A stretch of DNA of 64,000 nucleotides, from assembly GCF_000372725.1 (NCBI RefSeq), contig NW_005201381.1:307953-371952 (forward strand). The letters run 5' to 3'. Position numbers and translations under genes: made by a program. The notes below the pieces were generated by a model. That model was not told the origin of the DNA. It did not search any database and worked only from the letters and a program-made list of their open reading frames with translations. The stretch comes from Emiliania huxleyi CCMP1516 (taxonomy: Eukaryota). Positions 1 through 11,216 of the stretch are shown here, piece after piece. Positions within the stretch are counted from its first letter, which is position 1. Every line of letters starts with the position of its first letter.

Positions 1-141
1 TCACACTCGTATCTGGCCTTTTCTCGGGGCCGCGCCTGCGGCGCGCCGTGGTTTCTTAGATTTTTGCGGAAATCGGTTGGTAGGGTTTCTTATGCCACGT
101 TTTCTTAATGCCCGCAACCCACTGTATGTTGTCCTGTGTAC

Positions 142-207
142 GTACTTTTAGCTTACTGGGAGAAAAGAGAGAGGGGGTTGTGTTCTCTAGGCCCCTCAGG
201 GCCCTAC
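142..207. repeat. 66-bp dispersed repeat, probable DNA-transposon end (copy at 51856-51921)
   Basis: gtacttttagcttactgggagaaaag.gagagggggttgtgttctctaggcccct.agggccctac occurs at both loci with 2 mismatches. It ends in AGGGCCCTA (TAGGGCCCT on the minus strand). Confidence 0.75.
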
Positions 208-269
208 TGTTTGATACAGTTGTATCTGATTCCTACACGTCGAACCGTGCAGCAGCCTGTGGAAACTCG

Positions 270-2385
270 ATGCCAGACCTGCGCGCCGCCGCCGGCAGCG
301 CGCTCAAGGCGCTCGGCGGGGGCAGCAGCGCGGCGCTCGGCGGCGGCGGCGCGTCGTCGTGGGAGACGTCGCTCGCATCGCTGCCGCGGCTCATCAGCGA
401 GTCGTCTGCGGCGGAGCTGCGGGCGGCGCAGCCCGCGCTCACGGCGGCGACTCGGCCGGCGCTGCTGTGCGGCCGGCCGGGTGTGGTGGGGGCGGCGTGC
501 GCGGTGGTGCTCGCGGGCGTGCGGCGCGGCGACGCCGAGGGCGATGCGCTCGCGATCGACCTGCTCCCGCCCGTGCTCGACCAGGCGACGTCCTTTGGCG
601 GGGCGTCGCCGTTTGCAGACGTGTGCCACTGCTGCGCGCTCGACTGCCTGATGCTGCTGCCTCGCGCGGCCGCCGTGGCGGTGGCGCTGCACCCGGGCCG
701 CACACTCGCCTCCGCCAACCAGGCCGCGACTCGCCGCCGGCTCGAGACGCTCCTCCTCGTACTGTCGCGCCAGCCCGCCGCGGCGGCGGACCGCCTCCAC
801 CATGAGCTCGCGGCAGACGCACTTGTCAAGCGGCGCGCGCCGGCGGTGGCCACGGAGCTCGAGTCGCTCCTCACCGACGCGCGCTGCCCCAGCCTCGAGC
901 TCTGCCGCCACGCATACCTCGCCCTCACCGAGCGGTGCCCCCGCGTCGGCGCACAGCGGCTCGCCAAGCTGCCACATCGCGTCCAGATCGGGCTGCGCAC
1001 CACCGCTGCAGAGCGCTCGGCGCCGCTCGGCCCGCCCCTCCTCCCGCCGCCGCCGCCGCCGCCGCCCGCCGCACAACTCGAGCTCGTGCAGGCGAGATGT
1101 AGCCGAGATGCAGCCGAGATGCAGCCGAGGTGCAGCCGAGGTGCAGCCGAGGTGCAGCCGAGGTGCAGCGGAGGTGCAGCGGAGGTGCAGCCGAGGTGCA
1201 GCCGAGGTGCAGCGGAGGTGCAGCCGAGGTGCAGCCGAGGTGCAGCCGGGGTGCAGCCGAGGTGCAGCCGGGGTGCAGCCGAGGTGTAGCCGAGATACGC
1301 TGGCCGAAGAAGGCCCGAGATGCAGGATTGCACCCCGGCACAGCCGAGACACAGCCGAGATCCAGGCGATTGCCGTGCATCCTTCCCGGAATTTCCCGGA
1401 CCCTTCCCGGACCCTTCCCGGACCCTTCCCGGACCCTTCCCGGACCCTTCCCAGACCCTTCCCGGACCCTTCCCAGACCCCTCCCCCGCAGGCTCTCGCC
1501 CGCGGCTGCGTGGCGCGGCTGCGGCTGCGGCGGCTACGCGCCTTTCTGGACGAGGCGACAGTGGGCGACGCCGTGGCGCTGCTCCCGCGCGGCCATGACG
1601 GCCTCCGCCGAGGCTCCGGGTTGCTGCAGCCTCGCGGGCACGCCGGCACGATTGTGTGGCGCGGACGGACTGACCTCGCGCCCGGCGAGTGGTTTGGAGT
1701 GTGCCTTGCTCTGCCCGCGGGGAGGCACGACGGGGCGCTGCGCGGCCGGCGCTACTTCCGGTGCCCGCCCCGCCACGGGCTCCTGGTACGCGGGTCGGAG
1801 ATCCTGCCGCCGCCGGCGGGCGGCGCGTCCGACCCCCGCCCGCAGGGCCTGTCTCTCGGCCACGGAAGCGGCGGCAAGCCGCCGGTACGCCTTTCGTCAA
1901 AGAGCGGCGCCCCCCTTGACGGCGGCGGCGGCGTCGGCGGGGACGACGACGGGACGCGCCCCCGAGGCAGGTGGGGACGCCCCGCCCTCCCCTTTGGAAG
2001 CCCATCCCGTGCCCTACCGAGGTCCCCCCCCCCCCGAGGGGTCCCCGCGCCTCCTGTTCAGGAGTCCCCCCCCCCCCCCCCCCTCCCTCCCTCCCTCCCT
2101 CCACCCTCCGGCAGCACCGGCAGCACCGGCGGGTCATGCGGCTCCGCCTCGTCCGCCGCCTCGTCGTCCGCCTCGGCTGACCTCGACCTCGCACAGCACG
2201 CGACGAGGGGAGAGCTCCTCCAGCGGCTCGAAGAGGCGACCCACTCCTTCAGCGAGGCGCTCGAGGCCCAAGCGGACCCCTCCCCCTCAGGCGCCGGGCG
2301 GGCCGAGGCGATGGCGCGGCTGATGGCAGCGGCCAACGAGCAGACCCTGCTCACGCGTCGGCTGCAGCAGATGGTACTGGAGTGA
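270..2385 (+). CDS. IQ-motif and CAP-Gly domain protein (spliced)
   Basis: ATG at 270. Removing the GC-AG intron 1092-1491 gives LVQ|ALARGCVARLRLRRL (IQ-like). CAP-Gly pattern GTIVWRGRTDLAPGEWFGVCL..PAGRHDGALRGRRYFRCPPRHGLLVR at about 1645-1790. Possible further intron near 1971-2061; stop at 2385. Confidence 0.8.
1092..1491 (+). repeat. Intron filled with 11-bp minisatellites (gcagccgaggt)n and (cccggaccctt)n
   Basis: Tandem arrays at about 1095-1295 and 1395-1480, inside the GC-AG intron. Confidence 0.9.
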
Positions 2386-2664
2386 GTTTTGATCCGTGAG
2401 TCTGAGCCGGAGCCGCGGTGGGCGGAGCGGGCATATCGGATAGTTCTTTAACGCGTAACGCCGATAGCTGTGTGGTCTGTGATGAGAGTGTGTTAACACA
2501 GTGCGCGCCAATTGAGCCTGGTTTTGCTTAGGGGGGCCGGCGAGGGTTTTGCTTATAGGCGGGCCGGCCGAGGGTTCAGCCGGTGAAGGCTTCAGGATCA
2601 GGAGGTGTAGCAGGGATAGGCGGGCCAGCAAAAAAGAATCAAAAAAGCCGACCAGCCGTGTACC

Positions 2665-5112
2665 ATGGTCTGTGCGATCCTCTGCCTCGCCAGTGCGCAC
2701 GCCTCGGTGCTCTCCGCACCAGCCGAGCCGCCTCTCACCCCCGAGAACATCAATCCGCGGCTGGTCGCAGCGGAGTACGCCGTGCGGGGCAGGCTGCTCG
2801 ACCGGGCCAAAGAGCTCGAGTCGGTGGGGAGGCGGACGGTCAAGTGCAACATCGGGAATCCGCAGGCGCTGGGCCAGAGGCCGCTCTCGTGGGTGAGACA
2901 GGTCCTCTCCCTCGTTCTCAACGCCGACCTACTCGAGGCGGCCGAGGCGGCGGCATGCGGCAGCAGTGACGGCGAGGCGCTGCGGGCGCTCTTCCCGCCA
3001 GACGCGGTGGCGCGGGCGAGGGTGTACGTGGACGCCATCTCGTCGGCGGGCGCGTACTCCGACTCGCAGGGCGTGCTATGCGTGCGCGAGGAGGTTGCGC
3101 ACTTCCTCCGCGAGCGGGACGGCTGCGGCTCCGAGGCGCGCGGCCAGAGCTGTATATGCACCTCTGCACCCTCCGGCACTGCCGTCGGGCAGCCCTGCTC
3201 AGCACCTCTGCAGGAGGAGGGTGCTGCGTCCGTCACCTGCGTGGGCCGCGCCTGCCCCCTCGCACCTGCCCCACGGACGACACTATAGTCGCCCCCGTGA
3301 ATACTTTATTCTGTGAGAGCCCTGGTGTGAAGAGTGCGTGAGGGGTCGCACCCGTTGCACCCGGACCTGCCTCCCAGGCGCGCGACGTCTTCCTCACGGA
3401 TGGCGCGTCGGCGGGCGTGCGCGCGCTGCTTCAGGCGCCGCCCAAGTCGTGGAGACTCGCCCACTTGATCACCTCCCCGTCACATCCTACACACCTTGAC
3501 CTGCACCATCCTCCCACCTCACCCGGACCGAGGCCTTACCCTCACCTAATCCCGTGTCCATGCGCGTGTCCCTGGTACCTCTTCCTCCCTGGCACGTCCC
3601 CAGGCGCTACTCGGCCAGCCGGGTGTCGACGCGATCCTGGCGCCCTCTCCCGTCTACCCTCTCTACTCTGCCCTCTCGACGCTGCTCGACGGCGCCGCGC
3701 TCCGCCCACCGAGGGCGTGTCCAGGACGTGTCCAGGACGTGTCGAGGACGTGCTCTCACAGGCGGCGCCGCGCTCTACCCGCTCACCGAAGACGCCGCCG
3801 GCACGTGGGGCATCAGAGTGTCCAACCTCGAGGCATCGCTGCAGCTCGCGCGCGCGAGGTGCGCGATCTCCCCATATCTCCCCATACCTCCCCATACCTC
3901 CCCATACCTCCCCATACCTCCCCATACCTCCCCATACCTCCCCATACCTCCCCATGTCTCGCTGGACGACGCGTGGTGCGCGATTTTCTCCCCCTCTCTC
4001 CCCACAGGGGGTCGAACGTGCGCGCGCTCGTCGTGATCAACCCCGGCAACCCGACTGGCCAGTGCATGAGCGCGGAGGAGGTTGCAGCCGTGCTCGAGTT
4101 TGCGGCGCGGGAAGGGCTCGTTCTGCTCGCAGACGAGGTCTACCAGACTAACCCTAAACCTGACCCTAACGCTAACGCTAACCCTAACCCTAACCCTAAC
4201 CCTAACCCTAACCCTAACCCTAACCCTAACCCTAGGTCTACCAGGCGAATGTCTACAACGGCGGACCCGCGCGCACCGGCAAGCGGCGGAACGACTTCCA
4301 CTCCTTCCGGCGCGCGCTCGCGCTGCTGCGGCAGACGAAGCCGCAGCTGGCTGCGAGAGCGCAGCTCGTCTCGATGCACTCCACCTCGAAGGGCTTCTAT
4401 GGCGAGTGCGGGCTGCGCGGCGGCTTCTTCGCCCTCGATGGCAACTGGGACGACGGCGTGCGGTCGCAGCTCGTCAAGCTCTCCTGGACCTTTCCTGGAC
4501 CTTTCCTGGACCTTTCCTGGACCTTTCCTAGGTCGCAGCTCGTCAAGCTCGCCTCCATCTGCCTCTGCTCGAACGTCGTCGGCCAGCTGGCCATGGGTTT
4601 GGTCGTCTCGCCGCCCCGGCCCGGCATGCCCTCCCATCATACCTCCAGAGTACCGAACCCAGTGTGGGTTCAGTCCCGTGGGTGGTGTGGTAGGCATGCC
4701 CTCCCACGACACGTTCGCCGCAGAGAGAGGCGCCATCCTCGAGTCGCTCCGCGCACGCGCAGACACGCTCGCCGCCGCGCTTGACGCGCTGCCCGGCGTC
4801 ACTTGCGCGCCTGCTGAGGGCGCGCTCTACCTCTTCCCTCGCATCGCCCTCCCGCCGGCGGCGGTCGCCGCGGCGCGCGAGGCGGGCGTCGCGCCGGACG
4901 AGCTCTACGCGATGCGGCTGCTCGACGCGACGGGTCTGGTGGTGGTGCCTGGGTCGGGCTTCGGCCAGCCCGACCCCGAGGCGTACCACGTGCGCACCAC
5001 CTTCCTCCCTCCCGCCGACCAGCTCGAGCAGGTCACCTCCGCCATCGCCGCCTTCCACCGCTCTTTTGTCGACGAGTTCGCCACGCCCGCCGCCGCCGCC
5101 GCAACCGCGTGA
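2665..5112 (+). CDS. Alanine aminotransferase / glutamate:glyoxylate aminotransferase (PLP fold I), 8 exons
   Basis: Motifs EYAVRG, CNIGNPQALGQ, GAYSDSQG, VFLTDGAS, VINPGNPTGQ, LADEVYQ, SMHSTSKGFYGECGLRGG, EGALYLFP, VVPGSGFGQ and HVRTTFLP. Introns 3136-3377, 3435-3603, 3692-3761, 3859-4007, 4138-4235, 4463-4531 and 4624-4693 give an open frame. Hydrophobic N-terminus. Confidence 0.95.
4149..4234 (+). repeat. Interstitial telomere-like (CCCTAA)n tract in an intron
   Basis: About 14 units of ccctaa and variants between the donor at 4138 and the acceptor at 4234-4235. Confidence 0.95.
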
Positions 5113-6772
5113 GGCGCGGGCCGATAGAGCACCGGCCGCTTGCTGGCACCGGCCGCGATTTGCGCGCCGCGGCCGAGACCCTCCGTCCCTCCCTCAGCGG
5201 TGCGCCGAGCGCCCGGGTGGAAGAACTCCGTCTCCGTGCTAGGTGCACGTGCTCGTGTTGGGTGTGTGCGATGTGCGTGTGGGGTGCTGGGGAGTTGATC
5301 ATACAGACGGACGGGCGTAAGCGTTGTACACACACACAGGTAAAGTGTGACACTTTACCTCCTAAACGGACTTTACCTAAGCTAAACGGACTTTACTCCA
5401 CAATGGTCTCACCCCTCCTTCTCAGCCACAGGCTTCTCCTGCCCGAGCGTGCTCTTCGGCGTCTCTCGGCCCACGACTCTCATGGCCATCATGGTCTCTT
5501 CCCGCCCGTGCTCGTCTCCTCTCGACCTGGCTCCGAGGTAGTACGCTGCAGCGGCAGCGACAGCGAGGGCCAGCCCGAGTTTGTCCGTGGATCTGACAAC
5601 GGCGAGTGTGGCCTTTCGCTGCTTGTGCTGCTGGACCATGTCCACAAAGCAACGCTGGTACGGCACGCCCCCGGGTGAGTCTCGCGCCTCGCTGTCGCCC
5701 GCGCCGTGAGAAGCTCAAAGCAAAAAAAAACTCCCGGGAGGCGACATCGAGTGTGTACGTCGTGTGCTGGTGTGATCTGTGATCTGTGAGGGTCCGCCCG
5801 CAGGCGCATTTTTACCGAGCTCCGAGGCGGTGCCCTGGTGCCGAGCGCAGGCAGTGCCCACCGGTCAGACAAACACAACATCTCTCTCTCTCTCCGGTCG
5901 GACAGCATTGTAGATCCCAGGGCGAGGGTGGTGGAGAGGGCCGGCGGTCCGTGTCTGGTGTTCTTAGCTCCGGGTTGTGAATGAGCTTGCCTGCCCCTGG
6001 GGGGGCGGTGACTGAGTGCGGTCGAGCCGCCCGCGGCGGAGGCAAGGCGGCAAAGGGTGGCAAGGGCGGCGGCAAGGCCAAGGGCGGTGGCAAGGGTTGT
6101 GGCCGTGTGGCGCACCAGACCCGCTTTGCGCCGCCGCCCTCAACGCCCGATATACTCGGTTAGAGCCGGCGGAGCGACGGCGGCAAAGGTGCGGCCGCCG
6201 CGACCTCATACGGTGTCGAGCGCCGTAGAGACGGCCCCGAGAGCCGCCACCAGGTGTGCCACGACCGCAGTCGCGAGGCTCGTGGCGATGGATGCGCCAG
6301 ACTCGCTTTGCGCCGCCGCCCTCAACGCCCGATACTCGATCAGAGCCGGCGGAGCGACGGCGGCAGAGTTGCGGCCGCCGGCGACCTTCCCCTCGACCAC
6401 GCCGCCGACCCGTCGACAAGCACGCGTGGACTGCCATCGAGAAGAAGGAGAAGGAGGGCGGCGCATCCGGAGCCCGCGGGCGCGGCGTGGGCGGGCGCGG
6501 GCGCGGGCGGGCGCGCGGGAACCCCGCCAGCGGAGGCGACAATGCCTCTGGCGGCGCTGCAGGCGGCGCGCGGCGCGCCCCTCGCCGGTCTCCCGCACGC
6601 TCCTGAGGGCCGAGAGGGCCGAGAGGCGGGGTTGGTGACCCGGGGGCATGGGCGGTGCGGCCCGCGCCGCGCGCGGGCGCGTGGCAGCCCGTGAGTGCCG
6701 AGATCGGGTCTGTGCTTCGACGTAGCATGGGCCCCCGGAGGCCCAAGCATCTACAGCAGCGGCGAAGTGAGC

Positions 6773-7676
6773 CTCTGGGCCGGCGCGGGGGCCCCCGGAG
6801 GCACCGTGCGCCGCGCCGCAGTGCGGAAACGGGGCTCCGGCTCTACTAGTCTCTACTAGCACCAACTTCCCGATCTAACCCGGTCTAACAGAGGGCAGAT
6901 TTGGAGAGATCTCGAGGAGTACATACAGATAGACCCTCTAACCATAAGAAAACTCCGACCTGATCGGTCGTACTGACCGCCGACAGATCACTCCAGACAG
7001 CAGACAGCGCGACGTCTGCACGCGGCCGGCCGGGCGAGAGGCTTGACACGATCCGACCCTGCGACCCTGACGCTGCAGCTCTAGCTATCAGACATGCACT
7101 GCTGACTGCTGCCACAATATGCGACCTGTGCTGGCCCACTTGGCGGCCTTCCCGGTCAGTGGTGAGGCGCAGTTCAGAGCTGTCGATGGCGCGATGCCGC
7201 ACTGGTCCCACATTGGTGACACGAGACCACCAAGTTTGCCAGTCCAAGAGAGAGGCACCGGCGCTGTCCTGTGAAGGTGCGTGGTCCCTCCTGACTGCCC
7301 ATGCGCGCGAGGCTGTGTAGGCATAGCCTCGAGAGTGCCAGCAGCCAATCCGAGGCGACGCGCATTGCGCCAGAAGCGTGCACACGATGGAAGGACACCT
7401 TCCTACTGGTCGTAGAATCAGGTCGTCACTGAATGCTTGATACTAAGGCCGCGAGCTATGCAGGTGATCAATTGTGCATCATGGCACGGTCAGCAGCGCC
7501 GACAGGCTGTCGCAAGGCGTGATAGCATGGCCGCAAGTACGCAGAATTCCCATGAAAACAAGTAAAAATCGCGAAAAAAAGAAAAAATCCCGAAAAAATC
7601 GGCGCCTGCGGCGGGCCGTGGGAACCCATCTCCCCCCCGCATGGACACCCTCTGGGGGCCCCGCGCCGGCCCAGAG
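6773..7676. mobile_element. Non-autonomous TIR DNA transposon with 8-bp TSD
   Basis: TIRs ctctgggccggcgcgggggccccc / gggggccccgcgccggcccagag. Perfect TSD AAGTGAGC at 6765-6772 and 7677-7684. Second copy at 63144-64000. Confidence 0.9.
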
Positions 7677-7756
7677 AAGTGAGCGTGTTTGTGGTGTTGG
7701 TGTGACGTCTGAGCTTGGATCTGTGACTAAAGCCGCTTACCACTGATGGATCCCCA

Positions 7757-8608
7757 GGCCGAGCGTTTTTGATCTCTGGGTCAGTGGGGGGCCGAGCCGC
7801 CTCGGGGTGGCGGGCGGGCGGGCGTTTTGAAAAACAGAAAACAGAAAACAGAGGGGGGCCAGGGCCCCCACTACGATTAGACACACGCACCTGGCTCCTG
7901 GGACAAGGGGCGAGAATCGCGCAGCATGCAGTTCAGCGGAGATGGGAGAAGCTGAGAGGGGGGGGGGGGGGGACGTCCCGACACGGCAGCTTGGAGCTGA
8001 CCCCAGGAGAGAGAACGAGAACAGCGATGGCGCCCCCATATGACCGTAGACAGAAATGACGAGCCGACAGCGATGCAGCGGCAGCGAAGGCGGCGAGAAG
8101 GGCCCGGACCGCCGGGCGGCAGCAGAGACATCGGCGGACGGGGGAGCACACGAGACACGTCGGCATAGGAGCCAGGGGTGTGGGCTGGGCCTGCATCATG
8201 AATGGGCCTGATAGCGACGGCGGCGACGTAGGCGAGACGGCGGCGAGGGTGGCGACGGTCACGATGTTACGACGATGAAGCTGACGAAATGGATGACGCC
8301 ATCGCGCAACAATGGACATATCCTCGATGTCGTCGTCCTTGCCGGAAGGGGCAGCGCACGCGCCTCTGAAGATCGAGGCGCGTGGCTCAAAGCCGGCGCT
8401 GCGCGGGGTTTCGTGCCCATCCGACATGGTCTACTTTTCCATTTTTTGGATGCCGTGGTCGTGGGGGTCACTCACGACCCGCCGACGAGGTACCGTAGGC
8501 GGCGCGCTTTGACGGTTCTACATTTTGTTTTTGTTTTCAGTCTAGGGGGCCCGACCCCCTCAGAGGCGGCGGGCGGGCGCCCACTGACCCAGAAATCAAA
8601 AAAACTCC
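7757..8608. mobile_element. Non-autonomous TIR element inserted in the repeat unit
   Basis: tttttgatctctgggtcagtgg (7766-7787) is inverted at 8581-8602, and the segment is absent from the empty copy at 10296. TSD ambiguous (possibly CCA). Confidence 0.75.
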
Positions 8609-8784
8609 ACCCGAATAACACACAGAGTGAGCGCCCCAGCACTTCACTACGGTCTACGCCCTCCGCGCGAAATCACTAGTGGTGCTTTGTGGCAGCACAT
8701 TGTGCTTTGTGGCAGCACGGGTGCGGTGCCCGAGACCGAGTAGAGGCTCTACCATAGAGGGGGCGCTCCGCCGCTAACGTAAGG

Positions 8785-9822
8785 TAGGGTGCCCACAGGA
8801 CCCAAAAGAAAATAGCTTTCCGCCTCAAAAAGGGACGCACGAGCCAAATCTGATGTTGGAGTGTTCCAATAGGAGCGAGGCCTCTTCCGTGGGGGGACCG
8901 AGTGCCTAGGAAAAGAGGGTTCCCCGGTTTGTCACGCGCGAGCACGAGCGTGACACTGCACTTGGCGCCGAGCGCCCGCGGCTCAGACCTTGTGCAGGCC
9001 ACCCCTCGGTGACCATGCCGGTCCGGACCGACGGCGCTCGGTGTGGAGCAAGCAGACCCCCCCCCCCCATCGGCGCGCGCTCGCCATTCCAACGGCCGCC
9101 AGGAGCACCAAGAGGACTCCTCATGGCTGTGGTCAAGTGTGGGCTTCGACCGGCCTCGGCTGGGGGGGCGGGTTGTCCCGGCTGCGGACGCCTTCTGCAG
9201 CCCCCTGGGCCCGTGACAGCACCCCAAAACTGCCCCTCGGCGGCATACAGCACTGCCAGCCAGCCTCTTCCTCCTCCTAAGGGCTGTACTATAGGCCATA
9301 TTGCGCCGCCTCCTACTGGCAGCCGGGCGGGCGCGCGCCGCGGGCGCCTCGGCGCGCGCACGGCTCGCAAAGTTCGAACGAGTACTGCCGCCCGGCCGCC
9401 TCAAGGCTGCCGGGCGGCAGTACTCGCCTCGCAAGGCGCGCACCGGCTGGTCTGGCTGCTGCGCCGGCGGCCGCTGCGCTGGCCGCTGCTGCGCCGGCTG
9501 GCGGGCGGTACGGCCGCCGGCGGCCGCTGCACCCGCGCCTTCCCTCGCGGGCGCCGTCGCGCTGCGCGCGCCCAACTCTGCTGGTACACGGCACGCGTCG
9601 TCACACAGCCGCGGAGAACAGGCGGTGCTGTGCGTGAAGCGCGCGCGATCTCGTACTTTTAAGGCTGGATCCGGCCATTCCAAGGGTATACCTTTGAGAA
9701 TCCCCAGCGTCCCACCCTCCTAGTCACACTCTCAATATCTCGACTCTCCAACACGAGGTGCTGCGATCGGGGGTGGCCTATTTCTTTTTTCCTTTCTTTT
9801 TTTGGGTCCTGTGGGCACCCTA
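8785..9822. mobile_element. Non-autonomous TIR element, perfect 23-bp TIR, 7-bp TSD
   Basis: TAGGGTGCCCACAGGACCCAAAA / TTTTGGGTCCTGTGGGCACCCTA. CGTAAGG is duplicated at 8778-8784 and 9823-9829 but single in the empty copy (10466-10472). Confidence 0.95.
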
Positions 9823-9891
9823 CGTAAGGGGAAACCCTCAAAGCGGGCAGACCCAGACGCCAGACCAACCCTCCTCTCGGGGAGACCCCGC

Positions 9892-10249
9892 TAGGGTTGT
9901 CAAACGTTAAGAGCTGAACAGTGTTGCTAGTGTTAACAGTAACAACAGAACAACAGTGGGGCTCCCCAACAACCGTAGCTAACGTTAGGCCGGCTGAACA
10001 ACAATAAGGAAGGCCTGGCAGTGACCCACGACGATCTCTAGTGTCCAGTGCGGGTAAAACCCGAAAATACCCGGGAAAACCCAGGTTTTTTCGGGTTTTA
10101 CCCGGGTTTTTTGGCATTTTCTGCTTGCTGACCACTGAACAACAGTAACAACAGTAACAAACAGTAACAGCTTGGGCTGGGGAGAACACTTGAACAACGT
10201 TGAGGATTTCAGCCAACAATAGTGCAACTGTTAGGCCCAAAGTTAACGT
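9892..10249. mobile_element. hAT-like MITE with truncated right end (copy at 33613-33992)
   Basis: Begins TAGGGTTGTCAAACGTTAA and is colinear with 33613-33992. Internal aacagt/gttaac repeats. Confidence 0.8.
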
Positions 10250-11216
10250 CTGAGCTTGGATCTGTGACTAAAGCCGCTTACCACTGATGGATCCCCACCC
10301 GAATAACACACAGTGAGCGCCCCAGCACTTCACTACGGTCTACGCCCTCCGCGCGAAATCACTAGTGGTGCTTTGTGGCAGCACATTGTGCTTTGTGGCA
10401 GCACGGGTGCGTTGCCCGAGACCGAGTAGAGGCTCTACCCTAGAGGGGGCGCTCCGCCGCTCTAACGTAAGGGGAAACCCTCAAAGCGCGCAGACCCAGA
10501 CGCCAGACCAACCCTCCTCTCGGGGAGACCCCGCCCGTGTTTACTTTATGGTTTCCTGGATCCTGCAAACGCGCACCGTAACCCGATCTTGATACATCAT
10601 CCGGCCCCCGCGCTCGCCCGCTCGGGGTGCGCTTCTTTTTTAGGACTTATAGCTCCCCCGGACCTGGGGTGTCCGGCTCCCACCTCCCAGCGTCCGGGGT
10701 GTGAGCGCAGATAACTGCACTCTCCAGGAAAGTGCTCCACCGCAGCGAAATCCGTCTCCCGTCTCCGCGCAAACGCACGAATGAACTATGAAGAAAGAAT
10801 AAAGAAAGAAAGCCCTAAGCCGTGCCCGCCCAATCAAAAAAGTCGCTCGAGGCGAGCTCCCCCATGCATCGTGGCTACCGGCTACCATGCTACGTCATGC
10901 TACCTTGGCCTCTTTCTACTCTGTGCCTTGCGGGCGCTTTGCATCAACCACTCATTCAAATCCGGCCTCCGCCCGCCGCTCGCCTGGTGGCTCGCGCTCG
11001 TGGCCGGCGCCTGCGGCGCCGCGCCTTGCCGCCGCGCCGGCCCCCGCCCGCCCCCGGCCCCACGCGAGGTCGCGCCCAACTCGAAGGTCGGACTGCAGCG
11101 CGCCTTGTAGTCGGCATTGTGCATCCTTACCCAGAAAGGCGCGAGCGCCGTATCGCGCTGCCGCCGCCGCGTGCCCGCCGCCTTCGCCTCGTCCTCCCTC
11201 CGCTCCTACGGTGGAT

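Larger units (their letters stand above)
7705..10533 (+). repeat. Approximately 290-bp unit present twice: interrupted copy 7705-9891, intact copy 10246-10533
   Basis: Segments 7705-7756, 8609-8784 and 9823-9891 joined together reproduce 10246-10533. Confidence 0.9.

Noticed and set aside
1092..1491. Tandem arrays as CRISPR or as repeat-protein coding (AAEVQPRCSRG)
   Set aside because: There are no unique spacers or cas genes. The arrays are intronic, and their removal restores an IQ motif.
204..2194. Long antisense and alternative-frame ORFs here and across the window
   Set aside because: Expected from very high GC content and scarce stop codons; they overlap better-supported genes and lack motifs.
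4149..4234. True telomere or chromosome end
   Set aside because: Short tract inside an intron of an intact gene.
6795..6850. Hairpin followed by CTAG-T resembling a Helitron 3' end
   Set aside because: It lies inside an element defined by TIRs and an 8-bp TSD, and homology continues about 770 bp past the CTAG in both copies.
7701..10596. Solo LTR (TGTGAC...GATACA)
   Set aside because: No TSD, PBS or PPT could be identified.
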